This document shows, one piece after another, positions 1-10,091 of a stretch of DNA of 64,000 nt. Origin of the DNA: Desulfobacterales bacterium (GTDB taxonomy: Bacteria > Desulfobacterota > Desulfobacteria > Desulfobacterales > UBA5852). The stretch is from assembly GCA_963674755.2 (NCBI GenBank), contig CAXXVS010000002.1, forward strand, positions 2,528,001-2,592,000. Reading direction: 5' to 3'. The position numbers were made by a program, and so were the translations under genes. The stretch's first letter is position 1. Each line of letters opens with the position of its first letter. Below the pieces are notes generated by a model, which was not told the DNA's origin, did not search any database, and was given only the letters and a program-made list of their open reading frames with translations.

Positions 1-167
1 TTCCAACCGCAATCGGCTGAGGGGAGGACTGAACTGGGACTTTCACCATAGTGGGGCGCTTCCGCCGGGCGACCGGGCGGTGGCTTTCAGTTTTTCGGGT
101 CATGCCGGAGACAACGCTACACGGTGGGATTTCTGGCGCCCCCCCTGAGATGGCATAGGAAGCCTGG

Positions 168-551
168 TTATATCGTCGGCCGGATATAGTCGACGGCGAC
201 ACCAAAGCGCAGTCGGTTCGCCTTCTCCAGAGATTCGCAGCGGGTAACCCGGGCCGTAACCATACTGATGAAACTTGCCAGTTGGTGATCTTCAGGACGG
301 TTTTCGGTCGCACAGGCGAAATCGGCGACCACATCGCATTCGCCATCGCCCCACAAAGGGGCGGCGGCCCCGCAGGCTAGCGGAAGAATGACGATGCAGC
401 TGCCGGGGCTGAGCTTGCGGGTAGAAAAGAAAAACATCCCGCTGCGGCTGAAGTTGCGGACGATGCCGATATAGTTTTCGTTCTTGTTCAGCTGCGAGAA
501 GGTTATCGCGTTGTTTGTCGTGAAGCGGGGTTCTCTGCGTTTATCGCTCAT
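168..551 (-). CDS. PilZ domain protein
   Basis: From ATG 551 it reads MSDKRREPRF (RxxxR) and NFSRSG (D/NxSxxG), the two c-di-GMP-binding motifs, and ends in RFGVAVDY. Confidence 0.8.
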   Translation of the reverse strand: MSDKRREPRFTTNNAITFSQLNKNENYIGIVRNFSRSGMFFFSTRKLSPGSCIVILPLACGAAAPLWGDGECDVVADFACATENRPEDHQLASFISMVTARVTRCESLEKANRLRFGVAVDYIRPTI

Positions 552-980
552 TTCGTTTGTCACGCCGGCACCCTCCAGTGTTCTCCGACACCGATCCTGA
601 CCCGAATCGACGGTGGGGCTTAAACCACATCCATGGGCAGCACCTAACATCCGCTACCGCCTAGGTTACCCCACCCGGCCTGCGCCGTCTTCAAGGTTTT
701 GGTTTACGCGCAGCAGCGGCTATCAAAAGGCATTCGGAGACTGGCGGGGAGTCCTCAGCGGTCGAAGCTGCAATAGCATGGGCCGAGGATCGTTGAGGTC
801 ATGGCCGCATCCAGGCGAAGCGATGCTGCTCTTGGTGCGCTGAACTGTTACAAAATGAGGGCTCTCAGGGCTGATGTCAAGAATCAGGAGGCACGAAACA
901 AGCCCGATGACAGGTTTTGTCAGGCTCTCCCCACCGTCGGGCCGACAGCACCCGGCGGCATCGCGCAAAGGGCCCCAATG

Positions 981-1841
981 CTACTGGCTGAAAAAGCGGT
1001 AGATAGCAGCAAAATCCTCTTCCCCCAGGCCGTGCTGTTCAGCAAGGGCGTAGATCTCTTTGACGCTGTTCAGGGCCGGCAGCGCGACATTACATTCGTA
1101 GGCCGTCCGGGCGGCCAGATGGAGGTCTTTGCGCATCCAGCGCAACGGGAAATGGGCTTTGAAATCATTCCGCTCGATGAGGCCTTGTTTCAGCTGCAGA
1201 AAAGGAGCCGCCACCGGGGAACTGAGGATCGTTTCGGCGATGGTGGCTTTGGCAAACCCCAGGGCTTCGCCGAGCACCAGCGCTTCGCTGTAAGCGGCCA
1301 TGGCGCTGCCCAGCATGAGGTTGACCAGCATCTTCATGGCCGCCCCCTGCCCCGCTTCCCCCATGGGTAAAATCGCCTTGCCCATGCAGGCCAAAAGGGG
1401 ACGGGCTTCTTCCAGATCTTCGGCCTTACCGCCCACGAAGAAAACCAGCTCGCCGTTTTCAGCCGGTCCTTTGGTGCCAGCCACCGGGGCGTCCAGGTGG
1501 CGCACCCCGCTGTCAGCGGCCACGCCCGCCATCCAGCGTGCAAAACCGGGATCCACCGTGGAACAGTCGACCCACAGGGCGCCTTGCGGCAGAGCACCTA
1601 AAAATCCATTTTCCGCGACCGCCAGATTCTGCACCACCTCGGGGGTAGGCAGCATGGTAAACAGCACGTCCACCCGGCTTGCCAGATCGCTCGGGGTCGC
1701 TGCCCACTTCGCCCCCCGGGCCAGCAGATCTTCGGCCTTGGACGCGGTGCGGTTGTGAATCGTCAGGTCGTATCCGCCGTCCAGGAGATTGCGGGCCATA
1801 CGGCTGCCCATAATGCCCAAACCGATGAAACCGGTTCGCAT
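981..1841 (-). CDS. NAD(P)-dependent oxidoreductase, 3-hydroxyisobutyrate dehydrogenase family
   Basis: GFIGLGIMG Rossmann motif, DAPVAG, catalytic K in AMKMLVN, MRKDL; strong SD (AAAGGAGG). Confidence 0.92.
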   Translation of the reverse strand: MRTGFIGLGIMGSRMARNLLDGGYDLTIHNRTASKAEDLLARGAKWAATPSDLASRVDVLFTMLPTPEVVQNLAVAENGFLGALPQGALWVDCSTVDPGFARWMAGVAADSGVRHLDAPVAGTKGPAENGELVFFVGGKAEDLEEARPLLACMGKAILPMGEAGQGAAMKMLVNLMLGSAMAAYSEALVLGEALGFAKATIAETILSSPVAAPFLQLKQGLIERNDFKAHFPLRWMRKDLHLAARTAYECNVALPALNSVKEIYALAEQHGLGEEDFAAIYRFFSQ

Positions 1842-1889
1842 GGATCCTCCTTTAGCTGTTCCATTGCATTGGGTGTTCGCAATTCGCCC

Positions 1890-2873
1890 TCATCGGGCCG
1901 GCGGCGCCATGAATTCGGGGCCCACCGGGTCCGGAATCGTCTCCGCCAGAATCGCATCCACCGCGCTCTTGAAGGCCCCGTCGATCTGCCAGCCCACAAT
2001 ATCCTCGATGGGATCCATCTGCTCCGGACGGCGTCCGCCCCAAATGGCGATCGCAGCCCCCATGTCGAGTACCCAGCGCACGGCAGCGGCCAACAGTGTT
2101 CGCTGATAACGCTCCCGGGCGAGCTGTTCGATGCGGCTAGCCGCCGTAAGATAGTGGTCGAAGCGCGGGGCCTGGAACTTGGGATCATAGTTGCGCAGAT
2201 CGTCGCCGGAAAAATCGCGGTCGGACGTCATCTTGCCGGAGAGCAGTCCCCGGCAGAGAGCCCCGTAGGTCATGAGCGCAATGCTGTTCCTTTTGCAATA
2301 GGGCAAAATGTTATCCTCGATGTCGCGCTCAAATATATTGTAAGGCGGTTGGCACAGGTGCAGGTCGACGGCCTGACGAAAGACATCCATCTGGTCCGGC
2401 GAAAAATTGCTCACACCGCAGGCCCTGATCTTGCCTTGTTTCTTCAGGCGCTCCATGACGCCTGCCGTATCCTCAAAGGGGACTTTCGGATCGGGCCAGT
2501 GGATGAAATAGATATCGATGACATCGGTCTGCAGACGCTTGAGGGAGGCCTCCACCTCTTCGCCGATGCGCGCGGGCAACGAATTGCGCGAGACCTTGCC
2601 GTCCTGCCATGCCAGTCCGGCCTTGGTGGAGATATGGATCTGCGTCCGCCGGCCGTACTGCTTGACGGCCCGCCCGACGATTTCCTCGGAACGTCCGAAC
2701 CCGTAAACCGGGGCCGTGTCGATCAGGTTCACGCCCTTGTCGAGGGCCGCGTGGATCGTGTCGATGGACATCTTCTCATCCGTACCGCCCCACATCCAGC
2801 CTCCGATGGCCCAGGTCCCCAAAGCGATGCGGGACACCTCCAAATCCGTCCCCGGGATGGTCACCATTTCCAT
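1890..2873 (-). CDS. Aldo/keto reductase (YhdN/GSP69-like)
   Basis: LGTWAIGG, DTAPVYGFG, LQTDVIDIYFIHWPD and GVSNF motifs. Confidence 0.93.
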   Translation of the reverse strand: MEMVTIPGTDLEVSRIALGTWAIGGWMWGGTDEKMSIDTIHAALDKGVNLIDTAPVYGFGRSEEIVGRAVKQYGRRTQIHISTKAGLAWQDGKVSRNSLPARIGEEVEASLKRLQTDVIDIYFIHWPDPKVPFEDTAGVMERLKKQGKIRACGVSNFSPDQMDVFRQAVDLHLCQPPYNIFERDIEDNILPYCKRNSIALMTYGALCRGLLSGKMTSDRDFSGDDLRNYDPKFQAPRFDHYLTAASRIEQLARERYQRTLLAAAVRWVLDMGAAIAIWGGRRPEQMDPIEDIVGWQIDGAFKSAVDAILAETIPDPVGPEFMAPPAR

Positions 2874-3131
2874 TTGAAAAACTCCTTTCGTCTAACCGGC
2901 GCTGGCGCAAAACCGCTATGCGTTATGATGCCCACTAAACAGCTATCTTTTTGTTCCGATGAATAGAAGGCAGCGGCTGGTGGTTGTAAATGGGGTTGAT
3001 GCCGTATTTATGACAGGCGCCCCCCCTTCCAATACGCACCCTTCACAAACCGCCTGCCAGGTATAAAAAGGAAAAAGTCGCTGCCAAAGGGCGCTCACTT
3101 GGTGGTGACGAAATAAATGATCGATCGCCTG

Positions 3132-3668
3132 TCATGGTCGAGCCGGAAATGGCACAATGGGTCCTAGATCATCTGGTGTTGTTGGGGTGCGCTGCTCATA
3201 GGGACACATTTCGCCTTTCGCCAGGCATCCTTCGGCTTGCTGCCCAAAAAAGCCCGAGCCAATGACCAATGTGGGAAGCGGCTCCAGGCCGATTTCAGGT
3301 CGACACTGATTAAACGTTTTCAGCAGGGGAAGCATTGAACTTCCACGATCAATGGCATTGCAAACAAGCCGCTCGGAATCACCAATCCCCATGTAGATGT
3401 TTAAAAGATAGGCGACCGCCTCATTACCCGCATCGGAGCGATCGCGCAGGATGGCGTTAAACCATTTGTTGACCTTAGGCGTATACCGGGATTCAGCACG
3501 CCAAAGACCGTCCTCAGTGTACTGCTCGCGCACCTGCTTGATCCGCAGTTCCATAAAGGGCCTTACGATCCAGTAGGCCTGGTGAGACAGGGCTGGGGGT
3601 TTGCAATCCTCCGCCTGGACGGCGCCTCCCACTAGCATAAAGGCCAGCAGCAAGAAAACGGTACGCAT
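3132..3668 (-). CDS. Hypothetical exported protein
   Basis: Signal peptide MRTVFLLLAFMLVGGAVQA, SD AGGAG, co-oriented with its neighbours. Confidence 0.75.
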   Translation of the reverse strand: MRTVFLLLAFMLVGGAVQAEDCKPPALSHQAYWIVRPFMELRIKQVREQYTEDGLWRAESRYTPKVNKWFNAILRDRSDAGNEAVAYLLNIYMGIGDSERLVCNAIDRGSSMLPLLKTFNQCRPEIGLEPLPTLVIGSGFFGQQAEGCLAKGEMCPYEQRTPTTPDDLGPIVPFPARP

Positions 3669-3691
3669 GGTTTATCTCCTGAAGGTCGTCG

Positions 3692-4141
3692 TCAGCTTGG
3701 CGCGGTATCGTCTTTGAATCGCAACGCACCACTGGCCGTAAAGGCAAACATCGGCCCCCAGGCCACTTCCCAGTAGGTGCCGTCCGGATCGGCAAAGTAA
3801 CCGCTGAAGCCGCCCCATCCGGTGTTCTGGGGGGGCTTCACGATACGCCCCCCGGCCGATCCCACCCGCTCCATGATCGCCCGGACCTCATCCCGGCTGC
3901 GGGCGTTGTGAGCCAGCGTGATGCCGCCGAAACCGCCGCGGCTGACCGTGAGGTCGGGTGCGATATCCTGGGCAAGATCCTTTAGCGGATAGAGGGCAAG
4001 CCAGGTTCCCGGCAGTTCGATAAAAGTGACACCGTCATAGGATGTGTTGGGGGGCGTATCCAGAACGGTTTCATAAAATGCGGTGGCCCGGCCCAAATCG
4101 GCCACGCCGAGGGTTACCATGCTGAGCCTTGGGATTTTCAT
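3692..4141 (-). CDS. VOC/glyoxalase family protein
   Basis: LSMVTLGVADL, ITLAHN and GWGGFSGYFADPDG..WE motifs. Confidence 0.92.
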   Translation of the reverse strand: MKIPRLSMVTLGVADLGRATAFYETVLDTPPNTSYDGVTFIELPGTWLALYPLKDLAQDIAPDLTVSRGGFGGITLAHNARSRDEVRAIMERVGSAGGRIVKPPQNTGWGGFSGYFADPDGTYWEVAWGPMFAFTASGALRFKDDTAPS

Positions 4142-4199
4142 GATCTCTCCTTGGCCGAAGCCATGAACACGCAGGTACGATACTCCGGGTGCGCTTCGT

Positions 4200-5657
4200 T
4201 CAGTTGAGGTTATGGATGATGTCTCCTATCGTTTTAACCCCCGCCTCCAATGCGTCACTCCAGGGAAAGCCGCAGGACAACCGGATGCAATGGCGGTAGC
4301 GGCGGGTGGTGGAACACATGATGCCCGGCATGATGGCGATGCGCTGCTCACGGGCCTGATGGAACACGTCCAAGGCATCGATCTTGTTGGCCAGTTCGAT
4401 CCACAGGGTAACGCCGCCTTTGGGGGAAGTCATCTTCGTCCCCTCCGGGAAATAGCGGGCCACCGCCAGGGCGAGATTGGCGGCCTGGGTCTTGAGGGCC
4501 GGACGGAGTCGACGGAGGTGGCGCTCGAAGGCGCCATCTTTTAAATAGGCGGCCATCACAAGCTGGTTCAGGGTCGGGGAGGCGATGGAAAGATTCAACT
4601 TGAGCCGCCGCACCTTGTCCCGGTAGCGGCCCGGGATGGTCCAGCCCAACCGCAACCCCGGGGCCAGGGTCTTGGAAAAGGAAGAACAGTAGAGCACCTC
4701 CCCCGTACGGTCATAGGCCTTGAGCGGTGTGGGGCGCGTTTCCTCGAAAAAAAGCTCCCCGTGGATATCGTCTTCGATGATCGGAATACCACGCTCCCCG
4801 AACATCGTGACCAGACGCTTCTTATGCGCGTCCGGCATCACACAGCCCAGGGGATTGTGAAAATTCGGCACGAGAATGCATGCGGCAACCGGGTTTTCAC
4901 GGACCGCGCGCTCCAGGGCCTCCAGATCGATGCCCTTCTGGGGATCGGTGGGCACTTCCAGGGCCAACATGTTCAAATCTTCGATCAGCTGGAGAAACCA
5001 GGGATAGGTGGGCGATTCGACCACGATGGTATCCCCCGGACGGGCGGCCGCCTGGAGGCACAGCCCCACGGCCTCGATGCAGCCGTTGGTGATCACCAGA
5101 TCGTCGATGTCGTTCACCGGGCCGATATGCAGGCTCCGCTTGGCAATCTGCTCCCGCAGGCCCGGATTGCCGTATGGATTTTCATAGGTCGCAAGGCCGG
5201 TGGTCAACTGCCGGGCGGTCAGGGCGCGCAGGCTGCGGGACAAGGCCTTGACCGGCAGGAGCGCCGGAGCGGTCAGCGTGCCGCCGAGCTGCAGAAACGA
5301 TGGATCGCTCATGGCCTCCACGATGGAACTGGCCAGTGTGCTGACGGTCACTTTTTTGGGAACCGCCCGGTAGCGCTGCCAGTCCGGCGCCTTAAGAATC
5401 CTTTCCTTGCGGGGACGGACGAAATAGCCCGATTTCTGGCGCGGGGTCACCAGGCCGCGCTTTTCAAGCTCGATAAAGGCCTGGTAGACCGTGGTGATGC
5501 TCAATCCGGTCCTCCGATGAAGGCGGCGGATGGACGGCAGTTTTTCACCGGCCCGGTAGACCCCGGTGGTGATATTGCTTTCAAGTTCATCCGCCAGGCG
5601 GATGTAGCGAAACCCTTCTTTAACGGCCGTCTGCGAACCCAATGAAAGTTCCCGCAT
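4200..5657 (-). CDS. MocR-type GntR regulator with PLP-dependent aminotransferase domain
   Basis: N-terminal wHTH (KLPSIR...TVYQAF.ELE), then IIEDDIHGEL and SFSKTLAPGLRLG. Confidence 0.93.
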   Translation of the reverse strand: MRELSLGSQTAVKEGFRYIRLADELESNITTGVYRAGEKLPSIRRLHRRTGLSITTVYQAFIELEKRGLVTPRQKSGYFVRPRKERILKAPDWQRYRAVPKKVTVSTLASSIVEAMSDPSFLQLGGTLTAPALLPVKALSRSLRALTARQLTTGLATYENPYGNPGLREQIAKRSLHIGPVNDIDDLVITNGCIEAVGLCLQAAARPGDTIVVESPTYPWFLQLIEDLNMLALEVPTDPQKGIDLEALERAVRENPVAACILVPNFHNPLGCVMPDAHKKRLVTMFGERGIPIIEDDIHGELFFEETRPTPLKAYDRTGEVLYCSSFSKTLAPGLRLGWTIPGRYRDKVRRLKLNLSIASPTLNQLVMAAYLKDGAFERHLRRLRPALKTQAANLALAVARYFPEGTKMTSPKGGVTLWIELANKIDALDVFHQAREQRIAIMPGIMCSTTRRYRHCIRLSCGFPWSDALEAGVKTIGDIIHNLN

Positions 5658-5695
5658 CTGTTATGGTCGTAAAATTTATTTTCTGTATCTGTTAT
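5656..5695. promoter_or_regulatory. Putative MocR operator (direct repeat)
   Basis: ATCTGTTAT at 5656-5664 and 5687-5695, between the divergent mocR-type gene and azlC. Confidence 0.55.
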
Positions 5696-5801
5696 TACTT
5701 AGCAGATGTGGTACCCCTCGGCAACCGGTTTTCGTTGGTTGGAAGATGTTGAGCGCCGTCTGGGTCTTGCGCGGGCAGCACCGCTTCGATAGCCTGTCCC
5801 C

Positions 5802-6584
5802 ATGCGCCTGCCGAAGAAAGATAAATTTCCCATGCAAGTTGCTGTTGACCATCGCCCAAGCCACCTGCACGAAACCGCCGCGCTTCAGTTGCGCCGCGGC
5901 TTCATTGCCAATCTGCCGGTGGCGGCCAGCGTTGCCGCCTACGGGAGTGTGCTGGGGGTGCTGGCCGCCCAGAAGGGTATCGGCTGGTCCACACTGCTGC
6001 TGATGAACCTTTCCGTCTTTGCCGGTTCGGCCCAGTTCGTGATGGTGGACATGTGGGCCCCGCCGCTGCCCGTGGTCGAAATGATTATGGCCGTTCTGAT
6101 CATCAATATGCGCTACCTGCTGATCGGGGCCTCCCTGCACCCGCTTTTCCAAGGCAAAACCCTGCGGCACAAAATGGCCATGATGCACCTGGTGGCCGAC
6201 GAGAACTGGGCGGTGACCATGGCCGCCCACCGCAGCGGCATTGCCACGACGGCTTTTCTCTTCGGCGGAGGCCTCTGTGTGCTCTCGGCCTGGTGCGCCG
6301 GCACCATGCTGGGACACCGGCTCGGCGCCGTGGTGCAGAACCCCGAGGCCTATGCCCTGGACTTCGCTTTCGTGGCCGTATTTACGGCCCTGACGGTGAG
6401 CCTGTGGCGTGGACGGCAGGACGTCCTGCCCTGGCTGGTGGCCGCTGTGGTAGCGGTCGGTGTGGAAAAACTTCTGCCCGGCAAGTGGTACATCCTGGCC
6501 GGCGGCATCGCCGGCGCCCTGGTGCCGGTGTTGCGCCCATACGGCGGCCAATGGCGAAAGGGAAAACGTGATGGTCTGGGATAA
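5802..6584 (+). CDS. azlC: AzlC family branched-chain amino acid exporter permease
   Basis: SVFAGSAQF, INMRYLL, ADENWA and LDFAF motifs. Confidence 0.9.
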   Translation: MRLPKKDKFPMQVAVDHRPSHLHETAALQLRRGFIANLPVAASVAAYGSVLGVLAAQKGIGWSTLLLMNLSVFAGSAQFVMVDMWAPPLPVVEMIMAVLIINMRYLLIGASLHPLFQGKTLRHKMAMMHLVADENWAVTMAAHRSGIATTAFLFGGGLCVLSAWCAGTMLGHRLGAVVQNPEAYALDFAFVAVFTALTVSLWRGRQDVLPWLVAAVVAVGVEKLLPGKWYILAGGIAGALVPVLRPYGGQWRKGKRDGLG

Positions 6585-6885
6585 CATGGATATGGCGGCG
6601 ATTACGGCCGTTCTGGGGGCGGCGGCCGCCACCTATGGACTGCGCCTGGGCGGCCTGCTGCTCTCCGAGCGGCTGCCCCAAAACGGCGGATTCCGGCGCT
6701 TCATGGAAGCCCTGCCCGGCACCATCCTGCTCTCCCTCGTAGCGCCCGGCATTCTGGCGGCGGGACCTTGGGGTGCTGTGGCGGCCGCCAGTACGGCCGT
6801 GTGCACCTGGAAGACCCGCAACGTCTTCCTGTCGATGATTGTCGGGGTGGTCATCGTGGCCGCCACCCGCCGACTGGGTCTGTGA
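6571..6885 (+). CDS. azlD: AzlD family protein
   Basis: TYGLRLGG and ALPGTILLSLVAP; small hydrophobic ORF overlapping the azlC end. Start could be 6571, 6586 or 6592. Confidence 0.85.
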   Translation: MVWDNMDMAAITAVLGAAAATYGLRLGGLLLSERLPQNGGFRRFMEALPGTILLSLVAPGILAAGPWGAVAAASTAVCTWKTRNVFLSMIVGVVIVAATRRLGL

Positions 6886-7100
6886 CCAACTCGATTCAAG
6901 ACCTGTCTGTCAGACACTCAGTTTGTACCCCACGCCATAGATGGTCCGGATGACCTCTTTGCCGGGAAGCCGCGCCGCGATTTTTTTGCGCAAATTTTTC
7001 ATATAGTTACCTGTCTGTCGGCTGCGGTTTAGGTCCTTCCTTAAAATCATTGACCGCCATTTGCAATCGTCATTCCGTCATTCCTGACAAATCCCAGATT

Positions 7101-7122
7101 TCCTCCACAATTTCTCCACATT
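7101..7122 (+). promoter_or_regulatory. OmpR/BaeR-type direct-repeat box upstream of the efflux operon
   Basis: CTCCACA at 7103-7109 and 7114-7120 (11-bp period). Confidence 0.5.
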
Positions 7123-7343
7123 CAAGGCTAAATCATCTCATGCGCAGCAAAAAACTGGCGAAAAGGGCATTTTTCATGTCGTCCATTTCCCGACATCCAA
7201 CGTCACACACAATAGATAAACCGTCTTGCAGATCGGTTTGGTGAAGGCAGCGATAATGCAACTTTTTTCAGGCAAGGATGTCGCCGGCGACCGGGGCATC
7301 ATTTCAGCACATCGAGATCGATAGCGAGGAGAGACGCCTCATC

Positions 7344-8789
7344 GTGACACGCATATTCCCCATCATTGGCCTGCTCGGGCTCCTCGTTTTTCAGGCGGGG
7401 TGTGCCGCGGTAGGTCCGGATTACATCAGGCCGCAGATGTCCCTGCCCGATCAGTGGCACGGTATTTCCGCTCCGGGATCGCCCCCTGGCGACCGTTTGT
7501 TGCCGGACTGGTGGGAAACCCTGAATGCCCCGGTTCTAACGGATTTGATCGATCAGGCGGCCGCCGCCAATCTGGATGTCCGCCAGGCTGCTTCACGGGT
7601 GCGTCAAGCCCGTTTGCAGCGCCGGCAAACCCAGGCCGCGCTGTACCCGACCGTGGATGCCACCGGCAGCGCCCGCAAAAGCGGCGCCCATGCCAATGAC
7701 GGGACCTATTCGGATAGTGAACTCTACGCCGCGGGGTTCGATGCCGGCTGGGAGCTGGATGTCTTCGGCGGTGTGCGGCGCGCGGTGGAGGCCTCCCAGG
7801 CCGACGTCGAGGCTAACGTCGAAAATCTCCGGGATGTCCAGGTGACCCTGCTGGCGGAAGTGGCCGTCAACTATGCCGATGTGCGCACTTATCAGGCACG
7901 CCTGGCCGTAGCCGAGCGCAATCTGGCGATCCAGGAAGAGACCTGGCAGCTGCTGGATGCCCTTTCCCGGGCGGGCGCGGGCGATGAACTGGCCGTCACC
8001 CAGGCCCGTTACAACCTGGAAAGCACGCGCGCGAAGATTCCCGATTTGAAGGTCGGGTTGGAAGCGGCCCTGAACCGGCTGGCCGTGCTGACCGGAAAGG
8101 CGCCGGGTTCGCTGCACAGTGGCTTGGAAGAGATCCAGCCGATTCCCCGGGTATCCGTCGCGATGGCTGTCGGCATCCCGGCCGATGTCGTGCGCCAGCG
8201 GCCGGACATCCGCCAGGCCGAGCGCGAACTGGCCGCCCAGACCGCCCGCGTCGGCGAAGCGACAGCCGAACTCTACCCCAAGTTCACCCTGAGCGGCTCC
8301 ATCGGGCTGGAATCCCTCTCGCTGGGCGACCTGTTCTCTTCCGGAAGTTCGCTGTGGTCCATCGGGCCCTCGGTCAGCTGGCCGGTCTTCGACGCCGGGG
8401 CGATTCGCAGCCATATCGGTGTGCAGGACGAACTCCGGCAACAGGCCCTGTTCACCTATGAAGCCGTGATCCTCTCCGCGCTCGAAGAAGTCGAAAACGC
8501 CCTGACCGCTTACGCCCAGGACCAGCATAAAATCGCGTCCCTGCAAGCCGCCGCCGAGGCCGCCCGCCAGGCCGCCCAGCTGGCCGGCCAACAATACATC
8601 GCCGGTCTGACCGGCTTCAGCGACGTGCTGGACGCCCAGCGCTCGTTGCTCTCCTTCGAGGACCAGATGACGGAAAGTCAAGGGGCGATTTTCGCGGATT
8701 TCGTCCGGCTTTACAAAGCACTAGGGGGCGGTTGGCAATCCTTGGAGCAAACGCCTTTAACGACGGCGCCCGCAAAGAACAAAGGATAA
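7344..8789 (+). CDS. Outer membrane efflux lipoprotein (NodT/TolC family)
   Basis: GTG start after GAGGAG, lipoprotein-like AGC followed by AVGPDY, WELDVFG, RPDIRQAE and LYKALGGGW. Confidence 0.93.
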   Translation: MTRIFPIIGLLGLLVFQAGCAAVGPDYIRPQMSLPDQWHGISAPGSPPGDRLLPDWWETLNAPVLTDLIDQAAAANLDVRQAASRVRQARLQRRQTQAALYPTVDATGSARKSGAHANDGTYSDSELYAAGFDAGWELDVFGGVRRAVEASQADVEANVENLRDVQVTLLAEVAVNYADVRTYQARLAVAERNLAIQEETWQLLDALSRAGAGDELAVTQARYNLESTRAKIPDLKVGLEAALNRLAVLTGKAPGSLHSGLEEIQPIPRVSVAMAVGIPADVVRQRPDIRQAERELAAQTARVGEATAELYPKFTLSGSIGLESLSLGDLFSSGSSLWSIGPSVSWPVFDAGAIRSHIGVQDELRQQALFTYEAVILSALEEVENALTAYAQDQHKIASLQAAAEAARQAAQLAGQQYIAGLTGFSDVLDAQRSLLSFEDQMTESQGAIFADFVRLYKALGGGWQSLEQTPLTTAPAKNKG

Positions 8790-8794
8790 TCGAC

Positions 8795-10081
8795 ATGTTG
8801 GACCCGAATACGAGCTCCGTGGAAAAGATCCTGGCCGACAAGGCGACGGCTTCCGGCCGCCGGCGACGGTGGCTCTGGATCACCGGCATCGGCCTTGTGG
8901 CGGTGATGGCAGCGTTGGCCGCCCTGTTTGGTACGCGGCAACCAAACGGCGCCTCCCGCTTCCAGACCCAGGCGGTGCAGCAGGGCGACCTGGCCATCAC
9001 CGTCACGGCCACGGGCAACCTGGAAGCCACCAACCAGGTCGAGGTGGGCAGCGAGTTGTCCGGCATCATTACCCGAATGACCGCGGACTATAACGATACG
9101 GTAAAAGCCCGCCAGCCGCTGGCCTATCTGAACGACGTCAAATACAAAGCCGCCGTCATGAAATCCAAGGCCGAAGTGGCCTCGGCCCAAGCCCAGTACC
9201 AGGAAGCGCTGGCCACCCGCGAAGCCAATCAAAAACAGGTGCAGCGCTACCGCAAGGCCCGGGAATTGACCAAGGGCAAACTGCCCTCATTGAACGATCT
9301 GGAACAGGCCGAGGCCGAGCTAAAAAAGTCGACGGCCGCGGTAACGGCCGCGGCCGCCGCCATCGAGATGGCCAAAGCATCCCTGCAATCCAACGAGGCC
9401 GATCTCGAAAAAACCATCATCTATGCCCCCATCAGCGGCATCGTCCTCAGCCGGAATGTGGAACCCGGACAAACCGTGGCGGCATCCCTGGAAGCACCCG
9501 TGCTCTATGTCCTGGCCGAAGATCTGCGCCGCATGGAACTCCAGGTGGATGTGGATGAAGCCGATGTGGGCCAGGTCCGGGAAGGTCAGACCGCCACGTT
9601 TACCGTGGATGCCTACCCGGACCAGACCTTCGAGGCCCACATTACCCAGGTGCGTTACGGGGCCGAAACCACCGACGGTGTGGTAACTTACAAGGCCGTG
9701 CTGAGTGTGGAAAATCCCGATCTTCTGCTGCGGCCCGGCATGACGGCCACGGCCGACATCACAGTGTTGAAAATCGAAGATGCCCTGCTCGTGCCCAACG
9801 CGGCCTTACGCTTCACCCCGTCGGTGCCCTCTGCCGAAACGAATGCCAAACGCGGCCTGTTGGATTCCCTGCTGCCACATCCGCCCCGGCGCACCAAATC
9901 CAAAAAGATAGGCGGGCCGGATGCGGCCAACGCTTCACAGGTCTGGGTTCTGCAGGAAGGGCGGCCGCAACCGGTCCGGGTCGAAAAAAGGGCCACGGAC
10001 GGCGCCTTGACAGCGGTTCGATCAAAAGATTTGAAGGTCGGTATGGATCTGATTGTCAATGCCCTTACCACGAGCAACTGA
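8795..10081 (+). CDS. Periplasmic adaptor subunit, MacA-like
   Basis: VEVGSELSG, IYAPISG, VDEADVGQV and FTVDAYP motifs; one N-terminal TM segment. Confidence 0.92.
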   Translation: MLDPNTSSVEKILADKATASGRRRRWLWITGIGLVAVMAALAALFGTRQPNGASRFQTQAVQQGDLAITVTATGNLEATNQVEVGSELSGIITRMTADYNDTVKARQPLAYLNDVKYKAAVMKSKAEVASAQAQYQEALATREANQKQVQRYRKARELTKGKLPSLNDLEQAEAELKKSTAAVTAAAAAIEMAKASLQSNEADLEKTIIYAPISGIVLSRNVEPGQTVAASLEAPVLYVLAEDLRRMELQVDVDEADVGQVREGQTATFTVDAYPDQTFEAHITQVRYGAETTDGVVTYKAVLSVENPDLLLRPGMTATADITVLKIEDALLVPNAALRFTPSVPSAETNAKRGLLDSLLPHPPRRTKSKKIGGPDAANASQVWVLQEGRPQPVRVEKRATDGALTAVRSKDLKVGMDLIVNALTTSN

Positions 10082-10091
10082 GTCGTTGAAA

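Noticed and set aside
1..165. GC-rich hairpins at the window start as a riboswitch
   Set aside because: I could not match cobalamin, c-di-GMP or other aptamer consensus, and the context is truncated.
600..980. c-di-GMP riboswitch, small ORFs or a plus-strand sigma28-like motif (884-910) upstream of the PilZ gene
   Set aside because: There is no GEMM consensus, the ORFs lack motifs, and the promoter-like motif is degenerate and faces away from the gene.
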